Positions 59,561-64,000 of a stretch of DNA of 64,000 nt are shown here, one piece after another. Each line of letters begins with the position of its first letter. The first letter of the stretch is position 1. The stretch lies in the NCBI GenBank assembly GCA_049903315.1, contig JBNGBT010000002.1, positions 192,001 to 256,000 on the forward strand, read 5' to 3'. The position numbers and the translations under genes are program-made. Source of the DNA: Candidatus Cloacimonadota bacterium (GTDB lineage: Bacteria; Cloacimonadota; Cloacimonadia; JGIOTU-2). Below the pieces are notes generated by a model, which ran no database searches, was not told the origin of the DNA, and saw only the letters and a program-made list of their open reading frames with translations.

Positions 59561-60307
59561 ATGAAAAAAGTAATCATATTCATAATCCTGTTTGGATGTT
59601 TCTCTTTTCTTTATGGACAGAATTTAATTCTCACAGGACTTGGAATTCTTCAGAAGATAGATGAGAATGAATTTTATAAAACTATAGAATATACAGGATT
59701 GATGACTATTCATATCGATGACGAGATAAGAACCAAGAGAATGACCACACAAGCAAAGACTGAAGGTCAAAAAGCACTGGTTGAATTTACAAATCCTGAA
59801 GATTACGGCACGAAGTATCTGATGATGGAAGATGAGCTTTGGATATATTTTCCGAGTGAAGAAGAGATTGTAAAAATCTCAGGGCATATGCTCAAAGAGG
59901 GGATGATGGGCAGCGATTTTTCCTATGAAGATGCACTGGAAGCAAGCAAGATAGCTGAAAAATATGAGGTTCAAATTGCCGAACAAGATACTTTAAATGG
60001 GCATGTGTGCTGGGTACTGACACTCAATGCGAAAGTGAAAGATGTACCGTATTACTCCAGAAAAATGTGGGTTGATCAGGATCTTTTTATTCCATGGAAG
60101 GAAGAGATGTATGCTAAATCAGGTCGTTTACTCAAAGAAATGAATGTGCTTGAGGTTAAGCAGTTTGGGAATCGCTACTTCCCTGTCAAATCAGAGATGG
60201 TGAACAAGCTGAGAAAAAACAGTAAAACAGTTTTTGAACTTGAAGATATTGCATTTGATGTCGATCTGCCAGACAATATGTTCAGCTTAAGATATTTACA
60301 ACATTAA
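59561..60307 (+). CDS. LolA-like outer-membrane lipoprotein-sorting protein
   Basis: F..P...GT.YL, LWIY.PS, MGSDFSYED. Confidence 0.85.
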   Translation: MKKVIIFIILFGCFSFLYGQNLILTGLGILQKIDENEFYKTIEYTGLMTIHIDDEIRTKRMTTQAKTEGQKALVEFTNPEDYGTKYLMMEDELWIYFPSEEEIVKISGHMLKEGMMGSDFSYEDALEASKIAEKYEVQIAEQDTLNGHVCWVLTLNAKVKDVPYYSRKMWVDQDLFIPWKEEMYAKSGRLLKEMNVLEVKQFGNRYFPVKSEMVNKLRKNSKTVFELEDIAFDVDLPDNMFSLRYLQH

Positions 60308-60313
60308 GAAACC

Positions 60314-61411
60314 ATGAAAAAAAAAATGATAGTAGTTTTCTTATTATTGCTCATTACAGCAGGACTTATTGCTGATACACAATCCGGTTTGAAGATCTGG
60401 GGCTCAAATTTTATCGATCTCAGCGGGTACCATTATCTGAATAATGAAAACGATTCGCTCAAAATTGGTGCAATGAATACATTTCGATTAAACTTCCAAA
60501 ATAGAAATAAGCGTTATGCAAAGATTGTAGGCAATTTAGATTTGATCATTCCCTTGGGCTATACTGCAGATCAATTTCACGATTTGATCGATGCATCGGA
60601 TTCACTCTCATTGCCATATTATCCACTTTTTGTATATGGCAATACTCCGGTTATGCTGGACATCAGAAAATTGTATCTCTCTGTTTATTTGCCCTTTGCA
60701 GACATCACACTGGGGAGGCAGATCATAAACTATGGTAAGGGAGTCGTTTTTTCACCGATCGATGTATTCTCAACAGTAGATGTAACGAATATTAATTTTG
60801 AACGGCATGGCAGTGATGTAGCTGCAATCAAAATTCCTCTCTCATATCTTTCGGGTCTTGACATCATGACTGAACTTCCCAGGAAAAATCATGAATATTC
60901 GACGGCGATTCGAGGATATTTCAACGCAATGGGATTTGATTTCGCACTCAATACAATTTATAAGCATAGAGCTGAGAAATTGATTGCAGGTTTATCCTTT
61001 AAAGGTGACGCCTTCTTCGGTGTGTATGGTGAACTTGTGGAACACTTTGCGAACGATTATTCGGATAAATATTTTGAAGGAATGCTTGGGCTCGATTATT
61101 CGATTCACAACCTTTATCTCTTCAGGTGTGAATATTATTACAAAAACAGCAATATCCAGAATGAGTGGGGGAAACAGAATCTTTTTCTTTCCTTTCAATA
61201 TGTCATAAACGATCTTATGAACGTATCTGCACATATGATTGGAAGTGATGTTGGTGGGGATGCGCAAACCTTTATATATATGGGTCAGTTCTACTACAAT
61301 ATTCTCCAGAATGTTGATCTTATAACCTATGCTCGGTATTTTTCGTATAAAGAAAATTTGATTACTTTGCCCGATATAGAATATGCAGTAAGAGTGGAAG
61401 TTAAGTTTTAA
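60314..61411 (+). CDS. Putative outer-membrane beta-barrel protein
   Basis: Signal peptide, LGRQ.I..G.G..FSP.D, C-terminal Phe. Confidence 0.75.
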   Translation: MKKKMIVVFLLLLITAGLIADTQSGLKIWGSNFIDLSGYHYLNNENDSLKIGAMNTFRLNFQNRNKRYAKIVGNLDLIIPLGYTADQFHDLIDASDSLSLPYYPLFVYGNTPVMLDIRKLYLSVYLPFADITLGRQIINYGKGVVFSPIDVFSTVDVTNINFERHGSDVAAIKIPLSYLSGLDIMTELPRKNHEYSTAIRGYFNAMGFDFALNTIYKHRAEKLIAGLSFKGDAFFGVYGELVEHFANDYSDKYFEGMLGLDYSIHNLYLFRCEYYYKNSNIQNEWGKQNLFLSFQYVINDLMNVSAHMIGSDVGGDAQTFIYMGQFYYNILQNVDLITYARYFSYKENLITLPDIEYAVRVEVKF

Positions 61412-61552
61412 GAGTACGTAGAGAAGAATTTAACCACGAAATACACGAAAAGAACAAATAAAATTAAGGGTGGAGTTAAGTAACGCAAGATTCCAATTTA
61501 TCAATGCGTAACCACTATTTGGTGGAGAGGACTGATCTTACGTATTTATAAG

Positions 61553-61577
61553 ACTCAACATCGGAATGTTGAGTTAC
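61553..61577 (-). repeat. GTAA-led REP-like hairpin
   Basis: actcaacat-cgga-atgttgagt-tac; faces a degenerate partner gtaacgcaagattcc at 61480. Confidence 0.55.
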
Positions 61578-61698
61578 TTAAAGAAACTTATGATTGTTCC
61601 GAAAATACTTACTTTGATGATAAAAATGAAATTTATACTTTCTTTATTTTATGATCAGGTTAAATCAGAGTCATCAGCCCCAATCAATGAGCATATAC

Positions 61699-61729
61699 AA
61701 AAAAACGACCGAAATTGCTTCCGGTCGTT
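61699..61729 (-). terminator. Intrinsic terminator of asnA
   Basis: aacgaccg/cggtcgtt stem with A-run on the plus strand. Confidence 0.7.
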
Positions 61730-61749
61730 GTCTTTATTATGAATATTTT

Positions 61750-62877
61750 TTATTCAAGCACAAAGATATTCTTCTTTGCACAGATTTCTTTTAGTTTGTC
61801 GGGCCATACAGTCACAGTGACTTCGCCGAGGTGGGCTTTTCTGAGGAAGTACATATAGGTACGTGCCTGTCCGATACCGCCACCAATGCTCAAAGGAATT
61901 TTGTCATTAAGGATTGCTTGATGATACGGAAGATCGAGGAAATCGAGCTGACCGGAGATCTTGAGTTGTTGTTTGAGGGTATCTTTGGTTACACGAATAC
62001 CCATTGAAGAGAGTTCATGACGACGCTTGGTCACAGGATTCCATACAAGGATGTCACCATTGAGTCCATGAGTCTGCATTCTGTTGGGACCTGTTGTTTC
62101 TGTTACCCAATCATCATAGTCTGCGGCTCTCATCTCATGTGGATATCCATCCTTAAGCACCCAGCCGATACCAATAATGAACACGCCAGGATATTTTTTG
62201 ATGATCTCCGTTTCACGCTGTTTACGAGGAAGATCGGGATACATTTCCAGGATTTCTTCTGCATGGATGAATTTGAGCTCTTCAGGAAAGTCGGGGTATC
62301 TGCTGTCTTTAAGCTGAGGGAACATCTCCTGAGCGAGTTTTCCGGCACCAAGAAGCACTTTCCAGATCTTTTTTACGACCATTTTCAGGAATTCAAGGTT
62401 TCTGTCATCAGCAGTAATTACTCTTTCCCAATCCCACTGATCAACATAAGATGAGTGATCGTGATCGAGGAAATAGTCCTTTCTCACAGCTCGCATATCA
62501 GTGTTGATGCCTTCTCCAGGTTTACAATCAAATTCTTTGAGAGCAAGGCGTTTCCACTTTGTGGCTGCTTGAACAACCTGTGCCTGGATGGGTTCTTTAA
62601 GTCCAAGTCCGCAAGGAAATTGCACTGGAGATCGTGAGCCATCTCTGTCGAGATAGTCGTTCACGCCACTTTTCACATCAACGATAAGGGGAACCTGAAC
62701 CATTATCAAATTCAGTTCTTTGCAAAGATTTTCTTCGATATACCTTTTCATTTCGTATAAGGCAATCATTGTTTCTTTTGGAGTCAGCAAAGATTTGTAA
62801 TCATCAGGAAGGATTTGTTCAACCTTCTCATACGTGCTGATTCCGGGTCCTGCTAAGTCTGCTTTTTTGTCTAACAT
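61750..62877 (-). CDS. asnA: Aspartate--ammonia ligase
   Basis: KWKR.AL, HS.YVDQWDWE, RA.DYDDW, GLNGDI, ELSSMGIRV, SIGGGIGQ.R; start set at MLDKK. Confidence 0.95.
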   Translation of the reverse strand: MLDKKADLAGPGISTYEKVEQILPDDYKSLLTPKETMIALYEMKRYIEENLCKELNLIMVQVPLIVDVKSGVNDYLDRDGSRSPVQFPCGLGLKEPIQAQVVQAATKWKRLALKEFDCKPGEGINTDMRAVRKDYFLDHDHSSYVDQWDWERVITADDRNLEFLKMVVKKIWKVLLGAGKLAQEMFPQLKDSRYPDFPEELKFIHAEEILEMYPDLPRKQRETEIIKKYPGVFIIGIGWVLKDGYPHEMRAADYDDWVTETTGPNRMQTHGLNGDILVWNPVTKRRHELSSMGIRVTKDTLKQQLKISGQLDFLDLPYHQAILNDKIPLSIGGGIGQARTYMYFLRKAHLGEVTVTVWPDKLKEICAKKNIFVLE

Positions 62878-63076
62878 GTGTTTTATTCTCCAATTAAGTA
62901 TTGATTTTGGGGACAGCAGAAAAAATAATTTCAAGGCTGTCAATTTTATCAGGATACGCTTAAAAGATATGAATATAAAAACAACATTTAAGCATTCGAG
63001 GTGTTTAATTTTTCTACAAAAACTCGACACAAATGTCTCACCATTCAGGTATTGGAAAAAATTCAGGTACCATTTT

Positions 63077-64000
63077 ATGCTCAAGCGTTTTATTAAATTC
63101 TATAAACCTCACAAATGGCTTTTCATTCTTGATATGTCCGTCGCATTTCTGGCTGCGATCCTGTCAGTATTCTACCCGATGATCACGCGCAGTCTGCTCA
63201 AAACCTATATTCCAAATAAGGATATTCACGGCATTGTGCTCATGCTCTCGCTTTTAGGCGGGATCATGATCTTCAAAGCGATCTTCACCTACATCCGTAT
63301 TCGCTGGGGACATATTATGGGTGTACGTATGGAAACTGATATGAGGACTGACATCTTCACACACCTGCAAAAGCTTTCTTTCAATTATTTTGATAATGTG
63401 AAAACCGGACATCTTATGTCGCGCATTTCCAATGATCTGAATATGATAGCCGAGGTTGCTCATCATGCGCCGGAAGATTTTATTATTTCCGTATTCATCA
63501 TCATCGGTTCTTTTGTTGCCATGTTCTATTACAGTGCACCGCTTGCTGCTATCGCACTCATCCCACTCCCGTTGCTGCTCGTGTGGGGGCTTACTTACGG
63601 GCGGAGAATGAAGGGTGGATTCAGGCTCGTCAGAAAGCGAATCGCAGACATAAACAGCAGTGTGGAAAATTCGGTACAAGGTATACGAGAAGTGAAATCT
63701 TTTACCAATGAAGAACTCGAGATGGAGAAGTTTGAGTACATTAATTTCAGCTTCAAGACAGCAAAAGAAAAGATGTATAAGATCATGAGTACCTATTTTG
63801 CAGGTATGACCGGATTGACTGATTTTTATTACCTTATCGTGATCGCAGGCGGAGTGTATCTTATTTATATGGGAAAAATTGATGTGATCGATCTGCTTGC
63901 ATTCACGTTGTATATCAATTTTATTCTGAAGCCCATAGATCGACTTATTCATTTTACCGAGCAGTTCCAGCAGGGAAGTGCTGCCTTTGAGCGGTTTATC
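63077..64000 (+). CDS. ABC exporter, fused permease/ATPase (3'-truncated by window)
   Basis: Read by hand: MLKRFIKFYKPHKWLFILDM...WGHIMGVRMETDMR.D.F.HLQKLSF.YFD..KTG.LMSRI.NDL; absent from the ORF track because it has no stop in the window. Confidence 0.9.
   Translation, partial: MLKRFIKFYKPHKWLFILDMSVAFLAAILSVFYPMITRSLLKTYIPNKDIHGIVLMLSLLGGIMIFKAIFTYIRIRWGHIMGVRMETDMRTDIFTHLQKLSFNYFDNVKTGHLMSRISNDLNMIAEVAHHAPEDFIISVFIIIGSFVAMFYYSAPLAAIALIPLPLLLVWGLTYGRRMKGGFRLVRKRIADINSSVENSVQGIREVKSFTNEELEMEKFEYINFSFKTAKEKMYKIMSTYFAGMTGLTDFYYLIVIAGGVYLIYMGKIDVIDLLAFTLYINFILKPIDRLIHFTEQFQQGSAAFERFI

Noticed and set aside
62878..63084. N-terminal extensions in the ORF track for asnA (also ppx, umuD, RAYT)
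   Set aside because: They overlap neighbouring genes, promoters or repeats; downstream ATGs fit the family N-termini better.
63254..63952. 232-aa minus-strand ORF
   Set aside because: Antisense shadow of the plus-strand ABC exporter starting at 63077.

Overview
AT-rich bacterial chromosomal segment, probably Candidatus Cloacimonadota or a related FCB-group diderm. This is inferred from several large secreted proteins with a C-terminal 'NFPNP...IYNIxGQ...GIYFY...KKLxxx' (T9SS-A/FlgD-Ig-like) sorting domain plus lptF/lptG. The backbone carries the end of the alpha operon (rpoA, rplQ), ppx/gppA, ispG, ogt, peptidases, rnhA, PMM/PGM, tldD/pmbA, ABC systems and asnA. It also has a co-oriented DNA-damage cluster (EndoQ-UvrD fusion, yggS, umuD, umuC, SRAP). 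No rRNA, tRNA, CRISPR, integrase or reverse transcriptase was recognised. The most unusual signals are intergenic. (1) At four or five independent loci, inserted DNA sits just after a gene and is followed by a diverged second copy of that gene's 3' end. (2) At 43.6-48.7 kb this forms a nested array of five 'KKLILMR*' gene ends interleaved with cargo genes and REP-like hairpins. (3) A RAYT (HUH Y1) gene is flanked by four Y-shaped double-hairpin repeats. (4) A GxxExxY (PD-(D/E)XK-like) gene splits umuD from umuC and is bracketed by 9/10-nt-period inverted arrays whose gene-less copies, some holding nested palindromes, occur elsewhere in the window. All calls are from motif reading by eye; no database search was run.
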